Assembly: GCA_002269645.1 (NCBI GenBank)
Contig: NIVC01001900.1
Coordinates: forward strand, 159,710 to 223,709
Direction of reading: 5' to 3'
DNA length: 64,000 nt
Origin: Macrostomum lignano
Lineage: Eukaryota
A program made the position numbers and the translations under genes. This document shows, in pieces, positions 45,901 through 56,896 of this stretch. Every line of letters begins with the position of its first letter. Within the stretch, counting starts at the first letter, position 1. The notes beneath the pieces are model-generated. The model saw only the letters and a list, made by a program, of their open reading frames with translations, made no database searches and was not told the origin of the DNA.

Positions 45901-48900
45901 AACAAAGGCGACGGGCCCAGCATGGCTAAACAGGCGGTGCAGCCGGCTAGACTGGCCAGAATCAACGGATTTAAATCGTCAATCCGTTCAGTAATCCAAC
46001 CGAATAACGGGGCGGATAAAGCGTAGGATGCGGCAGTCAGTAGGAAGACTAAACCGATGAGCTGAGGACTCAAGTTGTAGCTGCCTAAGCGAGGCTCCAG
46101 CACCGGCTCGAATATTGACCAGCCGGTTCCCAGCACTATTACTGTCCAGCACATCATGAGGATGCCTGATGGGGAGGGGTGGGGGAAGCTGGCTGCTGCA
46201 GACAGACAGACAGGCAGACAGACACTAAGACAGACAGACAGACAGACGGACAGACAGACACTAAAACAGGCAGACAGACAGACAGACAGGCAGACAGACA
46301 GACAGACAGACAGGCAGACAGACAGACAGGCAGACAGACAGACAGACACAAAATCCGAGAGCTCACCTGGCACCCTCAGCAGGGTGAAGTTGGACACCTG
46401 TCCGTGATGAGACTCTGCATCGGACGGGATGAGCGGCCAGCTGAGCGGCACAGTGAGCAGGTAGATGCCGCCCAGCACAAAGAAAGGCAGGCCGAAGCCG
46501 CCCCAGCCGTAAAGAACGCCGCCAACAGCCGGTCCTAATACGGCGCCAATGCCGCAGAAAGTCTCAGCAATGCCAAACACCTGAGACACGTTGTCGCCAA
46601 ACTCTTGCGCTATGATAACAAACGCGGCGGTTGTATAGGAAGCGAAGCCCCAAGCTGTAGTTATTCGTATTGCAAAGCAATAAATAATGAACATGAGACC
46701 GCCGTCCCGGCTAGGCATATGATCCAACGCACCAAATAGTATAGTGGCGCAACCGCCCAAGAAAGCGCCAGATAGGAAGAGGAACTTCACGCCGGCAGGC
46801 TTCATCATGGCGCCTGAAAATGGGATTCAGTATGAGTTTTGTTTGCTTTTTTTGAATTAGGGTAGCAATTTACTTCTACTGTTTTTCTACTGCTAGTAGT
46901 TTAGTAAAAATTGGATTTTTTATTTTAAAATATACTCAAGTTCTTGAAATTTTACAATAACAATCCGGCCCGTTATTAAGGTTAATGTCTCTTCTCAGCT
47001 CTCTTCTCGCCATCTCTTATCTCGTATATCTTCTTATTTCTTGTGTCTTCTCCTCTCAAGAAATTGCACGATTATTGATCGTGCTTAAATATTGATCCAT
47101 CAAAACACCCTGGTTAATTTAGGCAACAATTTGCTTCGATTTCTACTTTTAGTTTATAGTTAGTAGTAAAAAATTTATGAACAGTCCAGTGGTTAAGCGC
47201 GGCGCTTTGATATCTGCTTGCTATCTGGGGATGCTTGCTATCTGGGGAGATGCTATCTGGGGATGCTTGCTATCTGGGGAGATGCTATCTGGGGATGCTT
47301 GCTATCTGGGGAGATGCTATCTGGGGATGCTTGCTATCTGGGGATGCTTGCTATCTGGGGGATGCTTGCTATCTGGGGAGAATCCGGGAGATGCTATCTG
47401 GGTGGATGCTTGCTATCTGGGGGGATGCTTGCTATCTGGGGGGATGCTTGATATCGGGGGGATGCTTGCTATCTGAGGAGATGCTTGCTCGGGGGAATCG
47501 CTGAGATGTCGAGGCTTACTGGGGGAATTGCTTGGGTGTCAAGGCAGATAGGATTTATATAAATGTTTTTGTCCCTTGCTTTTTTGGGCGCCCGAAGGGG
47601 CACCAGATTGCTAGTTTGGAGCTAAATTGGAATCTCGGCTTGGCTTTGCTCGTGCAATTAGCTCCCAATTGAAGGCCAACCCCCAAGGCACAGTGAAGTG
47701 TACATGCCTAATGATAAATAAAGTTAGGGCCGCTGTGCACTCCTGTGTGAGTGTGTGCCTGTGCGTATGACTGCGTACGTATCCGCGCGCTTGTGTGCCT
47801 GCTCAAGGGAGTCGGTGAAATGGGCAGCCCCTAGCTCAGCTACGATGTACATAATGTCAGTCAACTAACAGGAGTCACTCACCAACAATAGGGCTGAATA
47901 TTACTTGAGCCAATGGTAAAACACCAAATATCCATCCGCTAACCGTACTTGAGACGCCTTTGGACTCAGCTTCGCTAGGAAAAAATGGTGCCATAATTGA
48001 TAACATAACATTTGAGCACAGCTCGCCAAGGCAAAGCGATACGAGCAGCAGTTTTCGTTTTCTACTCAATGCTCGAAATGAGAATGGCACAAAAATTGAC
48101 GATTCGTCTGATGATGAACTTCCGCAGGCGCTTTCCACAGCGGTTTGATCCGCATCTTCAACTTTGATGTCCAGATTCACTGTTGGCAATTAATTTGGGA
48201 TTGCGAAGTGGATATTTAGGCTGACATTTCCGAATCCGATTCTTCCCAATTCCAACACCATTTCCTATTTAGATTCTTCCCAATTCCACTAACATTCGCC
48301 ATTCAGATTCTTCCCAATCCCACTAACATTTCCCATTTAGATTCTTCCCAATCCCACTAACATTCCCCATTTAGATTCTTCCCAATTACACCAACATTTC
48401 CCATTTAGATTCTTCCCAATTCTAATAACATTTCCCATATAGATTCTTCCCAATCCCACTCCCACTAACATTTCCCATTTAGACTCTTCCCAATCCCACC
48501 AACATTTCCCATTTAGATTCTTCTCAATTCCACCAACATTTCCTATTTAGATTCTTCCCAATTCCACCAACATTTCCCATTTAGATTCTTCCCAATTCCA
48601 CCAACATTTCCCATTTAGATTCTTCTCAATTCCACCAACATTTCCTATTTAGATTCTTCCCAATTCCACCAACATTTCCCATTTAGATTCTTCCCAATCC
48701 CACCAACATTCCCAATTTAGATTCTTCTTGATTTCACCAACATTTCCCATTTAGATTCTTCCCAATCCCACCAACATTCCCCATTTAGATTCTTCCCGAT
48801 TCCACTAACATTTCACATTCAAAATCTTATCAATATTATTTACATTTTTCATTCAGATTCTTTCTAATCTTTCTATGCCCTAATACTTCCCAATTAGAGT

Positions 48901-49221
48901 TTTCTCAGAGACAATACCTAAAAACAATTAAATGTACTTTCTACACTCACCATAAATAGGGTTTGAAACAGCCTGAACTTGAGCTGGCTCAATGCCATCT
49001 TGTTGAACTACTGATCTATGATGCTTCACAAACACATCATCATTGTTATTAGTTGGACTAGCTCTGCTTGGCAAATTTGCAGATATATTAGTAGTTGAAG
49101 CATTCCTATTGCTATGAGATCCAGATGCAACAGGCAAAAGTATTTGACCAGATACATTGCCATTTATTAGCCCATTATAGTCATTAGAACTGTCATCACT
49201 GGCAAATTGGGTGCCATGCAT
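42924..49221 (-). CDS. SLC18B1: SLC18B1-like MFS transporter, 7 coding exons: 49221-48951, 48179-47883, 46813-46367, 46165-45775, 44443-44369, 44256-44164, 43595-42924 (~748 aa if a 1-bp loss in exon 6 is corrected)
   Basis: GT-AG junctions with consistent phases; motifs SIMAPFFPSEAESKGVS, GWIFG, IAETFCGIGAVLGPAVGG.LY..GGF.LPF, EFVGP..GGFLVD; C-terminal ExxxLL (EKSPLL) sorting motif. The gene symbol is by recognition of the family, and orthology was not tested. Confidence 0.8.
43589..43935 (+). repeat. ~51-bp degenerate tandem repeat spanning the last splice acceptor of the MFS gene
   Basis: GGGTCATCTGAGGTCAC recurs at 43589, 43640, 43691, 43742, ~43794, 43850 and 43913. Confidence 0.9.
44560..45690 (+). 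repeat. 26-bp satellite (AGAAGATCCCATCTTTAGAAATCCCC)n, ~42 copies, intronic
   Basis: Direct reading. Confidence 0.97.
46200..46348 (+). repeat. (GACA)n microsatellite in the intron at 46166-46366
   Basis: Direct reading. Confidence 0.97.
47215..47490 (+). repeat. GATGCTTGCTATCTGGGG-type minisatellite, intronic
   Basis: Direct reading. Confidence 0.92.
47612..47829 (+). mobile_element. SINE family B, partial copy
   Basis: Shares TTGGAATCTCGGCTTGGCT...CAGTGAAGTGTACATGCCTAA...AAAGTTAGGGCCGCTGT with the copies at 56310-56663 and 58072-58425. Confidence 0.85.
48235..48810 (+). repeat. 34-bp minisatellite (TTAGATTCTTCCCAATTCCACCAACATTTCCCAT)n, intronic
   Basis: Direct reading, ~17 copies. Confidence 0.95.
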
Positions 49222-49647
49222 ACTGCTTCAACTTGGACCTTGTTAAAAGTATAATTAAATTTATCAGATAAAGCTTGCCTGACCTGAGCTGCAAGTTTTT
49301 AATCTTGATCTTTATTCTATTACAAATTAGTTAAATATTATTAGTTAATTAAAATTATAGAACAATGATTTGTTCAAGCAAAGAATTTGTTGCTGCAAAA
49401 AAGGAAAAATATAATAGAATCAATATAACATTAAATAAAAAATCAAATATTTTATATTGACTAGGCTATTGATTATAATCTAATAATTATAATGTAACTA
49501 TAATTTTGGCATTAAAATATTTAAATTATATATTTATTTGAAGACAAAATATAAAAAAATATAATTATTTAAAGTATTAGATTTTAATGAGTTTTTAATT
49601 ATCAAATTTGAATAGACCTTAAGTCTAACTTGTATTAGGCTTATATC

Positions 49648-49831
49648 TATAAACATGCTTGGGCGCAACCTTGGGATTCACTCGGCCGTTTCTATTGGCA
49701 ACACACACACGTAAGTCGCTATTGGATGGAATAGTAGTCACGTGACTACTCTCAGCCAATAGCGACTTACATGTATGTGTTGCCAATAGAAACGGCCGGG
49801 TGACTCCCAAAGTTGCGCATGTATGTCTATA
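49648..49831. mobile_element. palindromic foldback/MITE-like element (~184 bp)
   Basis: Arms such as GGCCGTTTCTATTGGCAACACA..GTAAGTCGCTATTGG are reverse complements; perfect 18-bp central palindrome AGTAGTCACGTGACTACT (49733-49750); TATA at both ends. Confidence 0.75.
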
Positions 49832-52800
49832 AATTAGATCATTGATAGGCTATTATCATAATGTCAATGAATAAAAGGCTAAAACATAGGCCTAGATTTT
49901 TTTTCTAATTCTAATGTTAGCTAGGCCTAGGCCTAGAAATTATAGAATCTTATTATTTTTTAACTTGGTATCCTAGTTAGGCCTAGTACCCACCTAGGTT
50001 AGCCTAATCTAAAAAGGCATAAAGCTAAATGACATGATTTTAATATTTAAAAACCTAGATCTAAAATTATAAAAGGCTTATTTTAATCAATATAAAATAG
50101 GTTACATAGATAATTTATAAAAGCTAGAATGATTAAGCCTAGATATAATTTCATTTATTTTCTATTAGAATTAGGCCTACTCTAGATTAATTAGGGCCTA
50201 CTTATAAAAATAGGCCTAGCTTTACTATCAGTCTATATGATATGATCTAATCTATGATTTAAAAAGGCCTAGGAGGCCTAGCTAGATAGATTTGCCTATC
50301 TATATTGATACTTTAGCTAAGCTAAGTTAGACCTAGTATTTCAAATTCAAAATAGCCTAAGTAGGCCTAGGCCTTGTATTTATATGTATAAGCTAGGGGG
50401 GCCTATGCTAGGCCTAGTTATGGCCTGGCCAAGCAATAGGACTATGCCTAGGCCTAGCTTCTGCCTTCTAGGATAGGGGTTTAGCTATAGGCCTAGGCCA
50501 TAGGCCCTAGTCAGTACCAGCCAGTGTAAATAGCATTGAGAAAAAGGAAGCTATAGTATTAGCTAAATAATCAAGAATAGGCCTACCTAGTCCTAGACTC
50601 CTAAGCCCTAGCCCCTAGGCCTAGTCAAATCCTCATTGTATTATTTATACCTAATCTAATATTCTTGACTTAGACAAATATATATATATCTAATATATAT
50701 ATATATTTATTTATTTATTTATTTATAGACAACTAATGAACCATATCATCAGGCTTTCAAAAAAATTGAATTGTGCCTAACAGCCTAAGCCCTAAGTACA
50801 ATTAAAGACTAATTATAATTACAGCAGTGCATTCCTTGCAATATGCAGTGGACAATACTCAGATCAGATTTCAGAGCAATTTGTCAATATCAAGCTTAAG
50901 GCCACTTCGACACCCGATAAGACCAGAGAAAACCTGATAAAGTACAACTGTACAAGTGTCATGCTTTTACATTAGGCCTAGTGCCGGCGTGTGCGCGTGT
51001 ATAGCTGTTTACACTTTACACGTTTGTTTTCTTTTCATGGATCATTCGTTCGATGTGTGAAGTAAGACTAAATCGGTGCCAAAAAACGATTCCGGAAACA
51101 TAAAAGCAAATTTAATATCTCATTAGCACTCAAGTAAAAATGCCAAGCAGTCGCCACTGCAAGCAATCTTCAAGTTTAATTTTCATAGTCGGATTGTAAG
51201 TAAATGCTTCATTTATTTGTTCTGGGCAATCGATTGAATTAAACAATGCAATTAACACAGTACAGCACGAGTATTCAACCAATAATTAAACATCTGAGTT
51301 GTCGCCGGACCGCGGCCGACCCTACCACCCCTCCTCCTGACAATAATTGCCACCTAAAGGAATAGAACTTTTATACCATTATTTGTAAACTCAAAATCAA
51401 TTTAAAAAAATAAATTTTAACACCATAAATATACAACGCTATATTAAATGCTCTTGATCTAACGTGTAGATACTCATCATCATATTCTCTCCTTAATTCT
51501 TACTATCTCACCTTCAGACTGTGTCCTTGAAAGGAAAATGATTCACTATAGTAATATAATGTAATATAATACGAGTATAAACTCTCTCTCAATATACTTA
51601 AATTCAAGCGATGTTTGTCCGTTTATTTGTCAATTTTATATCTCTCTGAAACTATACTGGCCAAACTTTGATGGGATGACATGCAGCGGCAGAAGGAGAG
51701 CGCGGACCCAGAATAGAAGCCTTCAATTACAGACAGGATCATTGACAATACTAGCATCAGCAGCAGCCGGTGCCAACAGTTTCCCATTGATTTCTGAAAC
51801 TCTGGAGCAGAGGTCGGCAAACTCCGGCCCGCAACCCTCTCAACCCTCTTTGAAACTTCACTCAATGTACAAGGTTTGCAGTCTCAATTCGACTCTCTTC
51901 TCTATCCCTTCTGCTCTACCTTCTTGCCTCGCCTTTTTTCTCCCCTCTTTTATCTTTGTTTCCACTCCTAACTCTCCCCTTTCCCTTCTCTCTCTCCCCT
52001 CTCTCCCCCTCTTCCCCCTTTTCTCTCTCCCCTCTTCTCTTATCTTCAGCAAAAATGTCGGAAAATTTTCTTACTTCGAATGAGAGGGAATAGAAGATTA
52101 AAGACAAGCAAACAGAGGAGAGGCGAGAGATTCGATATGAGAGAAAAGGTAGAAGAGAAGAGAAGAGAAGAGGGGAGGAGAGAGATCAGAGAGAAGAGCA
52201 GAGGAGAGGAGAGAGGAGAGGAGAGAGGAGAGAAGATGGGAGAGAAGCGAGGGGAGAGGGGAGAGAGGTGGGAAGGGAGAGAGGAGAAGTGAGAACAGAG
52301 AGAGTACGCAGAGAGGTGGCAGATATGAGAGAGTAGAGAGGAGACATGAGAGAGTAGAGAGGGAAGAGAAGAGAGCAGAGAAAAGAAAAGAGAAAGGAAA
52401 GAGAAGAGAGAAGGCGGAAGAGAAGAGTGAGGATGTATTTTGCTACGAATTTTCTTATTAGCTTATTTTTTCAAACAAAATGTTTATGATTGAAAAATAT
52501 AGTTGATGAAAGCTTCTTGCATTTTTAATGAAATATGCACACAATGAAAATGCACAACAGAAATACAATAAGTCATTGTTCGAAGACGAATCTGAATTTT
52601 TCAAATGCTAGTGTACATGCGAATTGATTTGAGCAATCTTTCACTCGCGAAGCTACTGGCCCACAAGGCTCTTGTAATTGCATTTATTTTTCATAAACAG
52701 TGTCTATCGTATAATATCCACGAACATGCACGTTGACGTCACCCGGGGCTATATTAAAACACCTTGCGCAACCCCTGGGCAACGCTGAAAGGTACAGCTA

Positions 52801-54070
52801 CATGTATATAGCTACCAGACCTCGTCCCTAGACTGTCCGCCTCTGGATGGTGCGGTAGCTGACATTGCGGCAAAGATTCCATTATCTGGACAGCAGGCCC
52901 GGGCTGTTTGAAAGACACCCTATTCACTCTTATTTCTAGTCCCGAGATCATGCGTCATGCGATCACGTGAGCGTCATGCGTGTGATATTGAAGGCCGTGA
53001 CTTGTCCTTGACCTCCGCTGTACCAAGCAACCCTGATGACGTCACCCGTCAGCCCCGATGTGATTGGACGAGAAATTTGAGTGGTAACGTAACAGGCAGG
53101 ATAAAGCTTGGGAAAGATAGGAGGGAAAATAGGGGTCATAAAACTGTCACACGCATGAATGATTTCAAAAAAGAAAGAATCGGTGCGGTTGGCGCGCGGG
53201 GAATGTGGTGGGCGATAAGCATGAGTCATCACAGGAATCATAGGGAAAGAAGGGAGGGTGCGCTAAAGTTATTGGGGCCCAGCTGACGTGCAATCAAGGT
53301 AGTGTATATGACATAATCCACACAGCTAAACTTACATTCACCATTCATGCAGATTTGAAATGATTAAAGTGACTTATACGGTGTGAAAACTATTGTGTAT
53401 AGTATGTATACCTTAATTTGTGTTCGCACCTCGCATACACTACACCACAAATCAATTTTAATAATTTAGACTAATTGCTAGTCGAAAATTAAGTAATTGA
53501 TGAACTTCTGATTGTTTATATAAGCCTTTTATTGTTGAAAAAACTTACGGGTACTCAACACGGACGACAGGGCGCCTAAAACTTGCAATGTTTGGCGTAT
53601 CTCTAGAACTCAATGCTCTATTGCTGTGAAAAAGTCAACTTGGCTCAATATCACTCAGGAATGCCTTGGCCCCCCGTCTCTAACATTTAGTTATAATAAT
53701 GGATTGAGTGGCCAGAGCAGAAGTGAGGACGCTCTCTCATGGGTGACAGAGGTCCAGTAAGCACTTAGGACTATCTAGGACACTGAAGGTTAGCCCTAAG
53801 CAGCTGCATTGTCCACATGAGGATACAAGTATTTAAACGTCCATGAGCTGAGAGGCCAAGCCATGAAATTCCAAGCCCAATAAAACAGTCTTCATTTTCA
53901 TTTCTCTTCCCATTAAAGCATTGAAAAATGCACTATAGCAAAAAATATAAATTGTGAGCAAGTGTCTGGATGAATTCTCCTCCTCTTGCAAATAAATCAG
54001 CAGAAAATCATTGGATACTTACAAATCAACTCAGCAAATTATAAACTTCAACAAAAGACAATACAATTAA

Positions 54071-55009
54071 ATGGCTCTTCACCAGATTCTACTGGTGTCT
54101 CTTGCGTCCGTTCTGCTCTGCACCTCTGAAGCCTCAATTTCCGGAGATCGCTACCCGGTCCTCCAGCGCACCTGCCTCAACAAGTCTTTGTCCGAGTGGA
54201 CCCTCCCTAAGCCGGCCGTCTCCATTCTGCAGTGCATCTTTCTGAGTCGTCTGCAGAAGCTTTCAGCCAATCGGTGGCCCAGTTCAGCTCGCGAACTGCC
54301 ACCTGTTCGCTGTTTCTCTTCAGCCGAGTCTACCACCTGTTCAACCTGAGCAGCCCCGCTGATGGTCCGTCAGACGAGGCCAATTCGTTCAAGCTCGTTG
54401 TGGACTCAGAGCTTGACGTGCTCACCGCCAATCGGCACTTTGCCGCCGTGTGGCTCAGAGGCAGAGGCGAGCAACTCGAGAACCTCGTGTGCAGCGATGG
54501 CGGACAGAAGAACGCCGTCCAGCACACCGGAGTGACTTGGACTGACGAGGGCGCCAAGATGGACGGCCTGACATCCAGGATGTGGGTGGACGACACCGCC
54601 GGGTTTGAATTTAAGAAAACAGCTTCACGTTTCTGATGGAGCTGAAGAGGCAGCCGTAGATAAGTGCTTTCATTGAGCTCACCGACTGCAGCTTCAATTC
54701 TGGGAATGGGACCTACCCAAGGTGACTCGCAAGCTCTACATTCAAACCGGACACCGGAACTTGTTATCCATTAACCAGGAGCTGCTAATGATCATGAACA
54801 GGACCTGTCTGTTCGTTGACGGTTCTTTTATTCCCGGCAACCAAGTGTCTCTCTACAACGTCAAATTTGCCAAAATAGACAACTTCTGCATGAAGATCAG
54901 CTGGCGCGACCTGACTGGCTCGAACTTCAAAATAAACGGCACCGTGAAGATGCTGGCCGTGTACAACTTCTACCTGACCGCCGACGTCATCAACCGGCTG
55001 TTCAACTGA
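54071..55009 (+). pseudogene. secreted protein (signal peptide, Cys-containing PAN/apple-like segment, beta-rich LamG/ConA-like region) with several frameshifts and a stop
   Basis: Hydrophobic N-terminus MALHQILLVSLASVLLCTSEA; consecutive GC-rich coding-like ORFs 54071-54349, 54232-54636 and 54722-55009 in changing frames. The domain names are inference. Confidence 0.5.
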
Positions 55010-55849
55010 GCGATTGTGAAGGATATGTCTCTGAAAATTAAAGTAAAGTAAATTAACTGTTGTAACGTTTACTGCTGCAGTTCAAAGTTCTCAGCAAAAT
55101 TCACGAGCTGATACCGTTTTGCAACTGCATTCGATTACGTACTCAGCGTGTTTTCAGTTGTTGATACTAGCTAGATGCATATAGCAAGACCGTTATAATT
55201 GGAGACCCTCAAGCCTAAGCTATCTGAAGCCGATACAGCGTCGCTGGGAAATGGGTACTTTTATATTTAACCGACGTTTTGCAGACGTATAACAGCGTTT
55301 ATATATTAGTGTAGTATAAAAGACTGACATATTAGCTAGCGACGTCTATTGACAATCGGAAAGACGGAAATTGTTATGAAAATGTTGTATTAATTTCAAT
55401 ATCTGTCCACTGTACAGCAGATCTGTATTCATTCGCGAAGATTTTTGTCATTAGCTAAAAAAATTATACATGCTGAGAACCTACAGTAAACTGAATCGTC
55501 GCTTATTCCGTTATTCATTTCCAGATATTTTAGTAACCAACTTTCAGATGCTTTGCTATACTTCAAACTCACTTAATCCCATGTTAAATGCGCGTGAAAA
55601 GAAGATAGCTCACAAAAAAGTCTTATATGCAATGTGCATAGTACAGGTTCACTTTCATGGAAATTACATGGGCTGTCCTGAGAACTCTTAAACTTAGCTA
55701 ACTGATTGCTTGACGAACTAATCGCAAGAGACAACTGAACCACCGGTGGAAAGTCCTTTGACGCGAGGTTCTCCTTTTGTTAGTATTTGTTCAGGAAAAC
55801 CGAAGCACAATTAAAACTGCACAATTATGTAAAGAAATTCTAAATCCTC

Positions 55850-56140
55850 ATTCAAGATCCCCTTCCCAGATCCTCATCCTAGATCCCCATCTCAAATCCC
55901 CATTCCGAATCCCCATTTCAGATCCCATCCCAGATCCCCATCCCAGATCCCCATCCCAGATCCCCATCCCAGATCCCCATCCCAGATCCCCATTCCAGAT
56001 CCCCATCCCAAATCCCCATTCCGAATCCCCATTTCAGATCCCATCCCAGATCCCCATTCCAGATACACATCTCAGATCCCCATTCCAGATACACATCTCA
56101 GATCCCCATTCCAGATACACATCTCAGATCCCGATCCCAG
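55850..56140 (+). repeat. 13-bp minisatellite (CAGATCCCCATCC)n
   Basis: Direct reading. Confidence 0.93.
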
Positions 56141-56309
56141 ATTCTCAGAACTTTAAGGTTAGCCCAACCGGAAGTCAAAGTATATGCTTGAGAGGGTTTT
56201 GATGTACAGTAATAAAGTTTTGCATGAACACTTAATCGAGAAGGTTGCAACTTTCCAGGAAAACTGATGTTCTTAGACAAAGCTGTAATAAGTTTAGCAA
56301 CGAATTTTT

Positions 56310-56663
56310 ATGATTATTAGAGATAGGGGCTGTGTGCACCCAGGCGCACTTTAAGCGACATTGTGACACAACCGGCGAGAGGCATTGCAGCCCATTCCGC
56401 CGACTCCCCTGAGCAGGCACACAAGCGCGCGGATACGTATGCAGTCATACGCACAGGAGTGTACAGCGGCCCTAACTTTATTTATATCGTTAGGCATGTA
56501 CACTTCACTGCGCCTTGGGGGTTGGCCTTTAAGGCCATTAATTGCACGAGCAGAGCCAAGCCGAGATTCCAATTCAGCCCCAAATTAATGTGACTGCACT
56601 TGGAATCGAGCCTGGGCCGCTGGCACTTCGGAGCGCTGCGCTAGACCGCTGGGCTACGGCCCC
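56310..56663 (-). mobile_element. tRNA-derived SINE family B, full-length copy
   Basis: Minus strand reads GGGGCCGTAGCCCAGCGGTCTAGCGC (A box), then GGCTCGATTCCAAG (B box), body, and an A-rich tail. Confidence 0.85.
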
Positions 56664-56896
56664 GTAGCTACGACTTATGCAGCTGAAGGTTATAATGTAC
56701 TTCATTTCAATAAATGACAAATTCTAAATATATTGACCATAGAAATATCGATCTTTATTGGACAAGCACAGCCATTGAATCTGAAGAAATCTAAAATAGG
56801 AAAAAGAGCCAAAAGAAAGATTCAGCCTACAATTGAATTAAATCAACCACTCCCAGAAACCCCACAGTTCGATTATTATTCGGCCTGAGAATGAAA

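Noticed and set aside
51623-51865. Hydrophobic ORF as an extra MFS exon; adjacent CAGAGGTCGGCAAACT as a hAT terminus
   Set aside because: There is an in-frame stop just upstream of the ATG at 49221 and no supporting splice phase; no partner TIR or TSD was found.
51890-52430. Pyrimidine tract followed by purine tract as a designed hairpin or triplex
   Set aside because: Low-complexity CT/GA sequence with no exact arm correspondence; common in this genome.
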